NCBI RefSeq assembly: GCF_009914755.1
Contig: NC_060939.1
Direction: 5' to 3' (one strand)
Length of the DNA: 64,000 bases
Origin: the human T2T-CHM13v2.0 reference genome, Homo sapiens
The translations under genes and the position numbers were made by a program. The stretch's first letter is position 1; each line of letters opens with the position of its first letter. The notes under the pieces are model-generated. The model worked only from the letters and a program-made list of their open reading frames with translations. It was not told where the DNA came from and did not search any database. Below, piece after piece: positions 29,736-59,228 of the stretch.

Positions 29736-31796
29736 TTACTGCCCAGCACTTAAGGAAGAAAGGTCTAATGTGACTGTATGGGGGTTGAAGTAGGTACCAA
29801 AGGAAAAGCAGTTCCCACCACCTCCAAGGAGCAGGAGCTGTTGCTCTTCAGGAAGAAGGATACTAGTATGGTTGTGTAACATTAATGGCCATGGCACATA
29901 TGTTGTGTCAATCTGATACTCAGAGCTCAATCCTGTAGTCAAATTGATCACAGTCACTCCAGGAAATGAGGAGGAATGAATCCAGATCCCTCCAACCAGT
30001 AACAGCTTTCCATTGAGCACATGAGCTGTGTGGGAGTACCTTGGGGTAATGGGAGGCTGGATGTCTACTGACTCCCAGAGGAATCCACAAGAGATTGGTC
30101 TCAGAAAGAGCACAGAGTTCAATGGCTCCTCAGAAGCCCCGAGACCTCCAGCAATAAGGGCTCCCCCTTGCCAAGTGCAGGCACTGTGAGAATGCCGGGC
30201 TTCAGGTACTTCTCCCTCCACTGGGATCCTGACCCAAGCCATTGTCCCTACATGGAGGAAATGCCAGTCACTTAGTACAGGTTCCACCACGCTTCGACCC
30301 CCATACACAAACAAATATTCCTGATTCTGACAGGACACTTCTGTTGTTGAATGCCGCCAACAACACAAAGTGGAATCATCCTTTCGGCCAGCCTTTGTTA
30401 TTGTCACTTTCAGGTCCTCAGTGTTATTATCCTCACTCTTAAAAAAATGAAGCTGGAGAACCCCCAAGGCTGGACTTACTGGGGACAGTCTCCCTCCCAG
30501 AACCAGAACCCGACTCTCTGAGAGTCTTGTCATGGTGTGATAAAGGCGTCCATCCCACTGAACTCCAGTCCCACAACTGCCTATTTGGCTGCCTTTCCAT
30601 TCAGAGTCACAATCTCTTGAGAGCAAGTGAAACTGGCTCACTCGGCAGTGCCGCCCCTCCTGCTCTCCAAATCCTCCTGCACTGAGAATAACGTCTGGGC
30701 TCAAGAAGACAGAGGCGTGGCCATATCTCTTCAGGTTTGGGACCTGGCCCTCGCTACTGACTACGCTGGCAGGGAATACCCCTGAAGGCGAAGCAGGATT
30801 TACGCGAGGAAATGCCTCTGAGGATGGAAACACTAGGGTGTGGGAGAGGGTGTCTCCCCTAGAAGCTGCCAGAATGAAATAATGGGCGCACTTCAGATGC
30901 CACTCCTCAAATTCGTCAAAGGGTTCAATATTTTCCACCCGCCGGCGTTCTTCTGCGGGAAGAAAGCAGTGATAGAATTCATTCATGTCCACGGCACCGC
31001 AGGCGGTCCAGCCAGCTTGAAGGAAGCGGCGCCGCTGCGCCTCCACGTCAGGAAAACGCTCCAGGCCATGCAGGGGGGAGTTTAGCTGCCGAAAATGTTG
31101 CAGCATGAACTGGCCAAAGGCGTCTTGAGGCCTCATCTGCTCATAGACCACGAAAAGGGCATTAGGAAAACGCTGGGCTGCCCAGGCGATGAGGGCCGCG
31201 GCACTCTCCGGCTCGAGGTAGGTCAGCACCGCCTCGGCCAGGAGCAGAGTGGGTGAGGCTGCGTCGAGCCCCGCGGCGCCCAGGGCCTCCTCCACTCGCT
31301 GGAGCTGCCGCAAGTCCAGACCCAGGATGCAGTAGTCTGCGCTCTCAAAGCACAGCGCGGACGCGGGCTCCCCCCTCTCGAAAGGCCCGGTTAACGCGCA
31401 CAGCTCTGGCGTCTCTCCAATCCTTTCTGCTTTGCGCCGCGCCACGTCCGGAAAATCCACCTCCCAGACTGCAGCCCGGGCCAGGCGGCCCGCGGTTTTT
31501 AAGCGAAAATAGAGCGAGTCGAAGCCAGCGCCGAGAGACAAGATCTGCGCGCGAAGCGCGGCCTGGGGCGCGCCAATCTGCTCCAAAAAAGCGCGCACGC
31601 AGTGCCTCACGGCGCGTGCGCGGACGTAGTAGCCTCGGTGAATGAGCGGTGCGCGGCGCGCCGCGCCCGGAACCAGCAACGCGGCAAAGGGGTCCTGCAC
31701 GTACCCGCGCGCGGCCAGGGAACGCTTGCTGAGGGCGCTGCTGTCGTTGGTGTTCTGTACCGCGCCTGCCCGACGCTCACGGCTCCGGGGGCCCAT
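29736..31796 (-). CDS. LCMT2: Leucine carboxyl methyltransferase 2 / tRNA wybutosine-synthesizing protein 4 (TYW4), intronless, 686 aa
   Basis: Uninterrupted 686-aa ORF. N-terminal LCM SAM-dependent methyltransferase domain ([17 protein letters not shown], motif [40 protein letters not shown]); C-terminal kelch repeats (RYGHAS, GRLYHT, RHSHSA, RYSHTA, GG motifs, [10 protein letters not shown]). Strong Kozak GCCATGG. Confidence 0.98.
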   Translation of the reverse strand: MGPRSRERRAGAVQNTNDSSALSKRSLAARGYVQDPFAALLVPGAARRAPLIHRGYYVRARAVRHCVRAFLEQIGAPQAALRAQILSLGAGFDSLYFRLKTAGRLARAAVWEVDFPDVARRKAERIGETPELCALTGPFERGEPASALCFESADYCILGLDLRQLQRVEEALGAAGLDAASPTLLLAEAVLTYLEPESAAALIAWAAQRFPNALFVVYEQMRPQDAFGQFMLQHFRQLNSPLHGLERFPDVEAQRRRFLQAGWTACGAVDMNEFYHCFLPAEERRRVENIEPFDEFEEWHLKCAHYFILAASRGDTLSHTLVFPSSEAFPRVNPASPSGVFPASVVSSEGQVPNLKRYGHASVFLSPDVILSAGGFGEQEGRHCRVSQFHLLSRDCDSEWKGSQIGSCGTGVQWDGRLYHTMTRLSESRVLVLGGRLSPVSPALGVLQLHFFKSEDNNTEDLKVTITKAGRKDDSTLCCWRHSTTEVSCQNQEYLFVYGGRSVVEPVLSDWHFLHVGTMAWVRIPVEGEVPEARHSHSACTWQGGALIAGGLGASEEPLNSVLFLRPISCGFLWESVDIQPPITPRYSHTAHVLNGKLLLVGGIWIHSSSFPGVTVINLTTGLSSEYQIDTTYVPWPLMLHNHTSILLPEEQQLLLLGGGGNCFSFGTYFNPHTVTLDLSSLSAGQ

Positions 31797-31928
31797 GGCC
31801 AGAAGAGACTCAGGAATGGCAGTCTGTCACGGTTGTGAGCCGCCCCTTGGTTAGCACACACCTCACGGACCTCGGTAGGGGGAAAAAAACCACCCATGCT
31901 CCTGGACTTCCCCTTCCGCCGGCACTTG

Positions 31929-31945
31929 TGCGTCACTTCCGGGAA
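31929..31945. promoter_or_regulatory. Overlapping ETS-CRE composite (CCGGAAGTGACGCA on minus) and GAS palindrome TTCCGGGAA
   Basis: Sequence TGCGTCACTTCCGGGAA lying between the two divergent genes. Confidence 0.7.
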
Positions 31946-31959
31946 GAGCGCATCTCGCC

Positions 31960-32166
31960 AACCAGAATTGAGGAGGGTGTAGCCAGTGCTAAGTTCGCTT
32001 GCGGCTGACCTTTCTTTGGAATGTCGTGAGTTCCATTTGTCCCAGAATACGGTCCGCTACCGCTGTGACATGAGTGTTAGGGAAGGCGGGTTGTCACGTT
32101 TCTACAAGCCTTCCAGTCAAAAGGGAAACCTTGCCTAAGTCCTTGTAGTTGAGAAATCTCTAAGAG
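31960..32166 (+). other. ADAL: ADAL non-coding exon 1 (start approximate)
   Basis: Consensus donor GAG|GTGAGT at 32166/32167 at the edge of the CpG island; the TSS cannot be determined from sequence. Confidence 0.6.
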
Positions 32167-33206
32167 GTGAGTCTGTGGGGACTGACGACTTGGCTTCCTT
32201 GGACCGCCAAGGAAGGGTCTGGTAGGAGCCAAGAAGGGTCGGCACCACGGACCTTCAGTAGGCAAGGATTAGTTAGCTTCCTTGGGTGCTAATAGTTGCT
32301 GATTTATTTAATGCTCTCACAGTTGCAAAAGAGAACCCCATTTAAAACTTGAAAACAAGTCACTAAGGCCAGGGTGCAAACTGAAGAAACCGACCTTTAC
32401 AAATAATTTATAGACACCTAACAAGAAGACGTTTCCCCACAGATAGTAGACTGTTGATTCCCTTGTATTCCCAGCCCTATGTTAGACTGACGGTGAATAA
32501 ACCACTCAGCCTCTCTTTCTCATCACACCGCCTTGGAGAATTCTGTGGATTTTAAAGTAGTGTTGAATATGTCCCCAGAAAGGGGAGTCACTGAAGAGAG
32601 GTGATTGTTCCCTGTGATATGTTCTGAGCTTTGTTTTTAAGGAGTAAATCCAGGTTAGACTTCAGAATAATCATAAAGTTTCTAAATTGGGTGTCTGGGA
32701 GTCATCCATAGGAAACCACTTCCAGAGACATTTAGGAAATTTATCATTTGTTCACTGGGATTTGGTGACTGACTGGCTGAAATAGAAAAGGAAATCAGAT
32801 AACTTTATGGTTAACTACAGGTGGTACTGCATAATGGTTAAGAGTGTGAGTTTTGGAGTCCAGCAGATTTGGATACTGGAGTCAAGAAAAAGTTTCGTAT
32901 TTTCCAATGTTTTCTTGTGGAACAAAATGAAATAAGAAAGAAAAGGTTTGGATCAGGATAAAGATTCGGTAATTGAAAAGTGACATTTAGATTTGGTGTT
33001 TAAAAGCTCATTAATGGCCTTAGGGAGAGCAGTTTCTGTGGAGCAATAAGGGCAGAATCCATGTTTCAGTGAATAGGAGGTGAGTTAAAGGAGGTATCCA
33101 GTCTAAATTATTATACTTTCGAGGAGCTTAACTCAGAAGGAAAAAAGGGTCAGGGCAGTGGCTAAAGAATATTGTGGGATAAAAGAGTCTTTTGTTTTGT
33201 TTTCAG

Positions 33207-33307
33207 GTGGAAGCAAATACTGCACATGCGTGTTGGTCCTGTGAGGGAAACCAGCTAGTGGAGAGGGAGAGGTTGAAGGAACAGAAAAATGAGAAGACAA
33301 CTCACTG
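33207..33307 (+). other. ADAL: Candidate ADAL 5' UTR exon (3' end uncertain)
   Basis: Strong acceptor TCTTTTGTTTTGTTTTCAG|G at 33206/33207; only weak candidate donors (CCT|GTGAGG 33240, CTG|GTAGAG 33307); lies in L2-like sequence. Confidence 0.35.
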
Positions 33308-34327
33308 GTAGAGTAACTTGGAATAGATAGAAATGGGATCCTGGGCACGTATTAGTTGTGGGGATAGGAGAATGAATCCTTTATCTGTGACTCCTGATGG
33401 GGTAAAAAAAAGATTATGGATAATCATAAGCTCAGGTGTGAGGTAGGGCAGAGAGAAAAAGAAGGAATTTGCACCTGATGGCTTCTGTTTTCTCTGTAAA
33501 GTTGGTGACAGAGTTGTCAGTTTAGTGTAAGGCATTCAGATCTGATGGAACATTTGAGCAGTTTGAGAATTGCTTCTGAAGGGATTAGAAGAAGGGCTCA
33601 CCTATGCCTGCTGGGTCAGTGGATCCTCACCTCTAAAATGAGATTAAGTACTGCTTCGTGAGGTATCTCAGGGTTGATTGAGGGGCAAATAGAAAAAAAA
33701 AAAAAGTTGAAGGACTTTGAAAAATACGTAGCACCATAGAAACAAATTTATTTAATGACAGGTTCCTAAAATGTAGGTGTTATGTCAAAAATACTACTTG
33801 TTTTGCAAAGACCAGATCAAGAAAAGTAATTAAAGAAGAAAGAGAATGGAGTAAAATTTCTGATTTCGATGCCTTATGATTTAGGCCGGGGGAGGAGGGG
33901 CCATTGTTTAAATCTCAGTTTATTCTTATATAAAATGGGGATAATAATATCTCAGGGGTTGTTGTGAGGATTTAAACAAAATAACTATCTAAGACACCAC
34001 AGTGCCTGGCTCATGGTAAGTGCATAATAAACAGTAACAAATTTTTTTTTATTCTGAGTTCCCTTTTGGGGGAGTAGGTGGGAGCATGAAAAAAGTTCCC
34101 TGGGAGACAGGATACTTGCTTCTGGCCCTGCTCTAATATTGATGAAGTATTACTAACGTGGATCTTATCCCAGTGTTTGTTGCCTTCCGTCCCAGAGCAA
34201 AACCAGTCCAGAAAAGTTAAATTTGTCATGGCATGCTGTTGTTGGTATCCATGTTTTAGGCAAGGAACAACAATTTTTTTTAATGTGTAAAGATTATGAT
34301 TGCTTAGTTGCTTTTTAATTTCCATAG

Positions 34328-34377
34328 GTTAACATTGTAGCCAGTGGGTCAGTAAATTTACTCACAGCTAGTTAAAG
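34328..34377 (+). other. ADAL: Candidate ADAL 5' UTR exon (3' end uncertain)
   Basis: Acceptor TTTTTAATTTCCATAG|G at 34327/34328 and donor AAG|GTCAGT at about 34377/34378. Confidence 0.35.
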
Positions 34378-34446
34378 GTCAGTCTGGAGGATGGTTTGAA
34401 TGGGGCACAAATTAAGGTCAGGATCCTGGAGTAAAATTGAAAATCT

Positions 34447-34740
34447 GGCCGGGCGCAGTGGCTCGCTCCTGTAATCCCAGCTCAGGCTGGTGGATCACTT
34501 GAGCCCAGGAGTTTGAGACCAGCCTGGGCAACATGGTGAGACCCCGTCTCTACAAAAAAAATTTTATATAAAATTAGATGGGCATTGTGGTGCATGCCTG
34601 TGATCTCTGCTGCTTAGGAGGCTGAAGTGGGAGGATCGCTTGAGTCTGGAAGCTTGAGACTGCAGCAAGCTGTGATCGTGACACTGCACTCCAGCCTGGG
34701 CAACAAAGTAAGATCCTGTCTCAAAAGAAAAAAAAAAAAA
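34447..34740 (+). mobile_element. AluJ
   Basis: Alu consensus with a short left-arm deletion. Confidence 0.9.
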
Positions 34741-35639
34741 GGTATGTTTTTCCATTTTAATTAAATCATTTATGTTTTTCGGTAGAGATATTAAATGCCA
34801 TTGATTAAATAGTCCATCTTTTTCATTTTTTACTATTTATTAAGCACTTACTATGGCATTACTTTGAAATGCCATGTTTATCTCATACTAAGTAGGCCTT
34901 TCTATGGATTTCTATGGCTATGTTTAGTCCTATACAAACTACTTTCTTTATTGTACATTTTAATATCTTGGTAACTTATTTAACCCCACTCAGTATCAAT
35001 TTATTGATTTTCAATACAGTAATATTTCACAAAGTTATTTCAAGGATTAAAGATAACATTATTAAAAGCGCTTGTCACATACCTGTTAGGTTCCAAATAC
35101 ATGGAAACTGTTATTCTTAAACATCATCCTCATTAATACGTGAGAACCCAGAGAGTCAAGGTGGCTAGTTTGAAAATCACTAAATTTCACTTGGAATTTT
35201 ATCTTCACTTATAAACCACTTTCAGAAGTGAAGGGAAATTATGATTGATTTATCACCTACAGTGTGCTAGGCACTGTGCTAAGTGTTAGAGTGGTGGAAT
35301 AATTCAAAGGACCTGTCCTCAAGGAACTTACAGTCTGGTGAGAGAGAAAGACAAGTATATCAGTGATTGAGATATCAGTGTGATTAAATGCTGAGTTAAA
35401 GGCAGTGACTGGCTCATGTGGGAACATAGATGAGGGGAATTTAAAATACTTTATTAATCGTCACTGCTACTTTGCATTTTTAATCCCATTTTTGTAAATA
35501 AAGAAACTGAAGCCATGAAGGTGAGTGACTAAGGCCACACAGCTTCTAACCTGTAGAGCTGGTAAAAGGACAAACCTAGGTCCATCTAATGCCAGCACCT
35601 CTGTTCTTCTTTTATATATTTTAAACAATTCAAAATTTA

Positions 35640-35940
<301 letters not shown>

Positions 35941-35988
<48 letters not shown>
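35941..35988. repeat. (TA)24 perfect microsatellite in an Alu tail
   Basis: Uninterrupted TA run. Confidence 0.97.
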
Positions 35989-35992
<4 letters not shown>

Positions 35993-36432
35993 ATCCAAAG
36001 TAGGCCTTATAAAATTTTGAATTTTTGAAGTCGTTGTATAGAAGGTGCCAATAGTTAAGGAATATACTCTACTAAATGTCAGGTTTTAGTACACCTCTTA
36101 TAAGCTTGAGGTCTTTTCCTGTTTCCAGTTTATGTTGTTTACTAATCGTTTTCCCACCTTAGACACACTTAAGTTAGTTTTAGAGGAGCTTTTGCCTTTT
36201 AAAGAAAAAATTAACAAAATCCTGTTTCTTTGCTTTTACATCTGAAAATATTAACATTTGTTAAAATAGGTGAAGCTGAACCCAGATCTACACATACAGC
36301 TAATCTTACCAAAATGTGTGGAAGTAAAGCAATCTGAAGGAAATTCAGTACCATACAATTTACTGACTGAAATACATCATATTGCTCATACTAAGAATAA
36401 GAGTGGAGAAGAATCATTTTTTTCCTGCTAAA

Positions 36433-53270
<16,838 letters not shown>

Positions 53271-53736
53271 GCTATAATGAGGTGAACTACTTCTGAGTAT
53301 GTGTTTCAATCAAGTTCCTGCCATATCCCACTTAGTAAAACAGTCCACCACTCCTTTGAAGCATAGCAACCAAGTTCCTTGGGCTCTATCACCAGCACCT
53401 TACACATGGCAGGTACTCAGTAAATACGTGTCTTCAACTGACTCACAAGCTCTCAGGTGCTTACTGGGTGGGACTTGACTGTTGTTGCTAATTAAATCCC
53501 CATTCCACCAGTGATTATTGTGACTCAGCAGTCCTTCCCTATTAGTGATCATAAAATTTCAGGGAAATCGAAGTTTCTCATCAGGAAATGTTTTGGAATT
53601 ACTAGTATAAAGTTAGGAAAGTGGGGAAATTAGGTTACTGCCGAGACCTTTAAGCCTTCTAAACAGCTTTATATTTTATTGTGCATACTTTAATCAGACT
53701 CCCTTCACTCGCTTTAAGTTTTTAAAAGTATTCCCC

Positions 53737-54042
53737 AGCCGGATGTGATGGCTCATGCCTGTAATCCCAGCACTTTGGGAAGCCAAAGTGGGCAGATTGC
53801 TTGATCCTAGGAGTTCAGTAGCAGCCTAGGCAACATGGAGAAACCCTGTCTCTACAAAAACAAAAAAACAAAAAACCGGAAATTAGTCAGGCACGGTGGT
53901 ACACACCTGTAGTCCCAGCCACCAGGGAGGCTAAGGTGGGAGGAGACCTGATCCCAGGGATGTTTGAGGCTGCAGTGAGCTGTGATGCTACAGCACTCCA
54001 GCCTGGGCAACAGAGTGAAACCCTGTTTCAAGAAAAAGAAAA
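53737..54042 (+). mobile_element. AluJ in the ADAL 3' UTR, TSD AAAAGTATTC
   Basis: Alu consensus and flanking repeat. Confidence 0.9.
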
Positions 54043-54272
54043 GTATTCTCCAAGATCCCAAGACCATTGACACCAGGCCACATTGTATACCAGGGATTTA
54101 TGTGAATGCCTAGGGATGACCGTAGTGACAGATAAAGCTAGGTGCTGAGATCTGGTTTTGCCCTCTTTATGATTGTCCCATCGGTACTAGAAAGTGAAGT
54201 CATTGCTCCAATTTTGGAAGAGGAGAGAATAACTGGCTGAGGGGTGAGAAAGACAGAAATAGCTGCAGCTCT

Positions 54273-54352
54273 CTTTTTTTTTTTTTTCAACAAAGGCTCT
54301 CACTCTGTTCCCCAGGCTGGAGTGCAGTGACATGATCACAGATCACTGCAGC
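54273..54352 (-). mobile_element. Alu 3' fragment, antisense
   Basis: T-tract then CTCACTCTGTTCCCCAGGCTGGAGTGCAGTG...CACTGCAGC. Confidence 0.85.
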
Positions 54353-54769
54353 TTTCAGTTTTAAAACAGCTTTTATTACATTTTCTTTGTGGAAGCTGTA
54401 TTTCTACCTTAGTACTCACTTTCTGCTTGGTCTGAAAGATACCTCTAGTAGTGGCAACATTGTGTTAAGTAGAGTTCATTGGGTCTCTTGTAACCCTACC
54501 CCTACATAATGGACCACTGGTGCAGGCTTACATAAACACACATACTGTGGCCACTTCAGCTGAAGACAAGGGACAAACTAAGATAGTTCTGAAAGGTAAA
54601 AAAACAAACAAACAAACAAAAAACAAAAACAAAATTATTAGATACCAAGTTATGCTTGAATTGCTTTGCTCTTTAGAATGTGTGTTTTTCCCTGGTATCA
54701 GAAGAAGTTAAGGCTGATGACACCCCTAATTTAAATTACTAAGGATTTCTGATAGGTTTTCTGTCTTTC

Positions 54770-55570
54770 TGTGATATCGTAAAGTATTTATTTGGTCTTT
54801 GACCCTGTTTCCTGGCATACTGCTCCTAAAATCCTTAGAGTCTCCAGAGTGATGGCTTTTTGTATCTAATGAGTTGACTGCTGGCTGGCAGCCCCTAGGG
54901 GCTGGTCACTGGAAAGACAAATGCATGATTAGAGTTGGGACTTTCAGTCCTCCCCCAAACTCTTGGGAGAAGGGCTGAAGGTTAAGTTGATCACCAGTGA
55001 CCAGTGGTAATCATACCTTCATAATGAAGCCTCCATAAAACTCCAGAAGAACAGATTTTGGAGCATTTCCAGGTAACTGAACATATGGAGGTCCCTAGAG
55101 GGTGCTGTACCTGAAGAGGGTAGAGGGTATAGGAGCTCCCTGTCCCTTCCCACATGCCTTGCTCTATCCATTTCTTCATCTCTATCCTTTGTACTGTCCT
55201 TTATAATAAACCAGTGAACCTAAGTGTTTCCCTGAGTTCTGTGAGCTTTACTAGCAAATTAAACTCAAGGAGGGGTCATGGGAACCCTGATTTATAGGTT
55301 TGGTCAGAAGCACAGGTAAAACCACCTGGGGTTTGAACTTGGCACTGGAAGTGGGCAGCAGTCTTGTGGGACTGGGCCCTCAATCTGTGGGATCAAATGC
55401 CATCTCTAGGGGATAGCATGGGAAACTGGAGGACACCTAGCTGGTATCTGCTGCAAAATTGATTGCTTGCTTGATGGTGGGGAAAAAACTCCACACATTT
55501 GGTCAGAGAAGTTTTCTGTCTTTATTGTGGTGTGAGAGCAGAGGAAAAAAGTTTGTTTTTTCCGCTCAGA
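54770..55570 (+). mobile_element. MER21-family solo LTR (about 800 bp)
   Basis: Begins TGTGATATCGT...TATTTGGTCTTTGACCCTGTTTCCTGGCA, resembling the remembered MER21 consensus; internal AATAAA at 55205; flanked by CTTTC/CTTTG. Confidence 0.75.
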
Positions 55571-56088
55571 CTTTGTTTTAAGGAACAGGGGAGAGGGAAG
55601 TTCTGTGGTTTTTGAAGTTCTTAGATACGTGTGTGTAGCTTTGTGTGGCATTATATATAGCATTATATTATTTTCTACCCTTATCTACTCATACAGAAAT
55701 TGCACAGTAAAAACATCAAAGTTTATTCATAAAATGTGGATCTATTGCAGTCACTAAAAATGTTGCAGAACAGATTTTAATGACTGAAAGTGTTCATGAT
55801 AATATATTCAATGAAAATATGGTTATAAAGTTTTATAGTCCTTTTTTTGTTTAATATCTATACAAAAGCTATTGAAGTGTATGATTTTAATTTATTAGCC
55901 TTATCATGAAATTCTTTTCACACTATAAAAGTCATGCTAGTCTTAAGTGAGGGTAGGGATGGCATAAGTTTTTTTTGTTTGAGGTTCTAAAATTTATGTG
56001 GATTGGCTGATAAAGAGCATTTATGAAAAACTACAGCTAACATCAGATTTAATGGTGAAATATTGAATTAAAAAAAAATAAACACATG

Positions 56089-56586
56089 GGCCAGGTGTCA
56101 TGGCTCACACCTGTAATCCTAGCACTTTGGGAGGCTGAGGCAAGAGGATCCTGGAGTTCCAGACTAGTCTGGGCAACATAGGGAAACCCCGTCTGCAAAA
56201 AAATATTTTTTAAAAAACTAAGCGTGGTGGCCCATGCCTGTAGTCCCAGCTATTCAGGAGACTGAAGTGGAAGGATCACTTGAGCCTGGGAGTTCGAGGC
56301 TGCAGTGAGCTGAGATTGTACCACTGCACTCCAGTCTGGGCAACAGAGTGAGTCTGTCTCAAAAAAACAACAAAACAGACTGGAGAACATAGGGAGACCC
56401 CATTGCTACAAAAAAAAAACATCCTAGCCAGGTGTGGTGGCACATGCCAGTGTTCCCAGCTACTCAACAAGCTGAGGTAGGAGGATGGCTTGGGCCCAGG
56501 AAGTCAAGGCTGTAGTGAGCCATGATCAGACCACTGTACTCCAGTCTGGGCGACAGAGTGAGACCCTGTTTCAAAAAAAAAAAAAA
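56089..56586 (+). mobile_element. Composite AluJ (full element plus an extra partial copy)
   Basis: Three Alu arms head-to-tail. Confidence 0.85.
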
Positions 56587-57849
56587 GTGTATATACACAC
56601 ACATTCACATACATAGAGAATGAAAAGCAAATGGGCAAAATATAAATAGTTGGTGAATCCAGGTATACAGGAGTTCCTTGTACTCTTGGAACTTTTTCTG
56701 TAAGTTTGAAATTATATCAAGATTAAAAGTTAAAAAAACTTTATACAGTGTATATAGATTGGAATAGACCCTCTGAAACCTTATTTCCTGGATTCCTTCA
56801 GTGATCTAGCGTTTTGGAAAATACACCTGTCCCCTACTGTTAATACCAGGTAACCCTGTACATGCGTACCATTTGCATCTTCAAAGCCCCATCCCAGGCT
56901 TACCTTACCTGGTCACCAACATAGCTGCTATTTCCACTCTCTCTGTTGCTAAGACCATATATAGCTTGTGTCTTATCTGTACCTCAAATGAACCCAGAGG
57001 TGAAGTGTTATGGGACTGACCTGGAATGCAGCTTCATTTTGCCTACACTAGTTCCACATCAAGACCACTAAGTTCATTAGAATTTGGCCCAGTCTCTGTA
57101 AGTGTTGCTTCTGCATTTATCTGTTAACAACTCTCAAATGCCAACTTTGGGCATCCAGAGATATGTGAGGCCTAAGAAATATTCAGGTGCTCGGTGACTC
57201 ACAGCATGAGTTATTGGAATATAGACCTCACTGTGTAGAATGATGTGAGTGTCTTTGGTTTCTGTACTATATTTAAGAAAGATGTCAATAAAATATTTGT
57301 ATATTAAATTATACTTACATAATTTGAGGAGCTCACTAATTATGGAAGACTTTAAAATTACTTCCCTGATTTATCTATTGGGTTATACAAGTTGAACTGA
57401 GTCACCTGGGAATCAATGTGTTTTTTTTTTTTTTTAATGTTCTTTTATTTTGACCGCAGCGAAGTTCTGCTCTCCAGAGCCTTTTTGAGCTCTAAGGTAC
57501 ATTGGACTTCTATTTCTAGTCTTTAACCTGACTTCTAGTTGTTCCAAAGTTTTGTTTCTAAAAGAGTACCGTCTTGGGTGCGGTAGGAAAGGAATAATTT
57601 AAGCTCTTAAAAAATACACACACACACACACCTGGTACTTAAAGCACCATGGTTTCAGAGAATTCTACATAACATTTTATATGTCAAAATTTTGAGACAT
57701 GCATGTCATTACATAGCTATTTCAGTGTATAGGAGTAAAGTCTTCATTTTGGATTCTGAATTGAATAATGGGGAAAGAACTGATCTATCTTTACAATCTT
57801 AACTCATCTTCCCTTTCTTACCTGGTCACCGTAAAAATAGTGCTATACA

Positions 57850-58240
<391 letters not shown>

Positions 58241-58435
58241 TTACATTCTATGCATTGGCCATAGAGAACAAACTTAGGAAAAGTGATAGTATGGGGAAAA
58301 AGAAAAGTAATGGCACTAAGGAAACAACTGATGTGAACAGGATTATCCAGCTTCTGCTAATACACATTTTTTGCCTCCTTTGCTGCACATGCCACCCCAT
58401 CTGTCTCACAAAGGCTTTAGATGTTAAGAAGTTAG

Positions 58436-58895
<460 letters not shown>

Positions 58896-58923
58896 AGTTT
58901 TGGGTCTTTTAAAGTAAGACTCA

Positions 58924-59228
58924 GCTGAGTTGGTCACTGTGGCTCATGCCTGTAATCCTAGCACTTTGGGGGGCTGAGGCAGGAGGATCACTTGAAGCTG
59001 GGAGTTCAAGACCAGCCTGGACAACGTAGACCCCTCATCAATACAAAACTTTAAAAAATTAGCTGAGTATAGTGGCTCATGCCTGTAGTCTCATCTATTG
59101 GGGAGGCTGGGGATCACTTGAGCCCAGGAATTTGAAGCTGCAGTGACCTATGATGGCACCACTGCACTCCAGCCTGGGCAACAGAGTGAGATCCTATCTC
59201 TAAAAAATAAATAAAAATTTAAAAAATA
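58924..59228 (+). mobile_element. AluJ
   Basis: Alu consensus; TAAGACTC flanks. Confidence 0.88.

Larger units (their letters stand above)
30930..32260. promoter_or_regulatory. CpG island / bidirectional promoter shared by LCMT2 (minus) and ADAL (plus)
   Basis: The only strongly CpG-dense, GC-rich, repeat-free stretch of the window. It covers the 5' half of the LCMT2 CDS and the first ADAL exon; the genes are head-to-head. Confidence 0.9.

Noticed and set aside
31253-31854. Plus-strand ORFs antisense to LCMT2
   Set aside because: Expected stop-codon scarcity in a GC-rich CpG island opposite a real CDS; low-complexity R/A/P composition; upstream of the likely ADAL TSS
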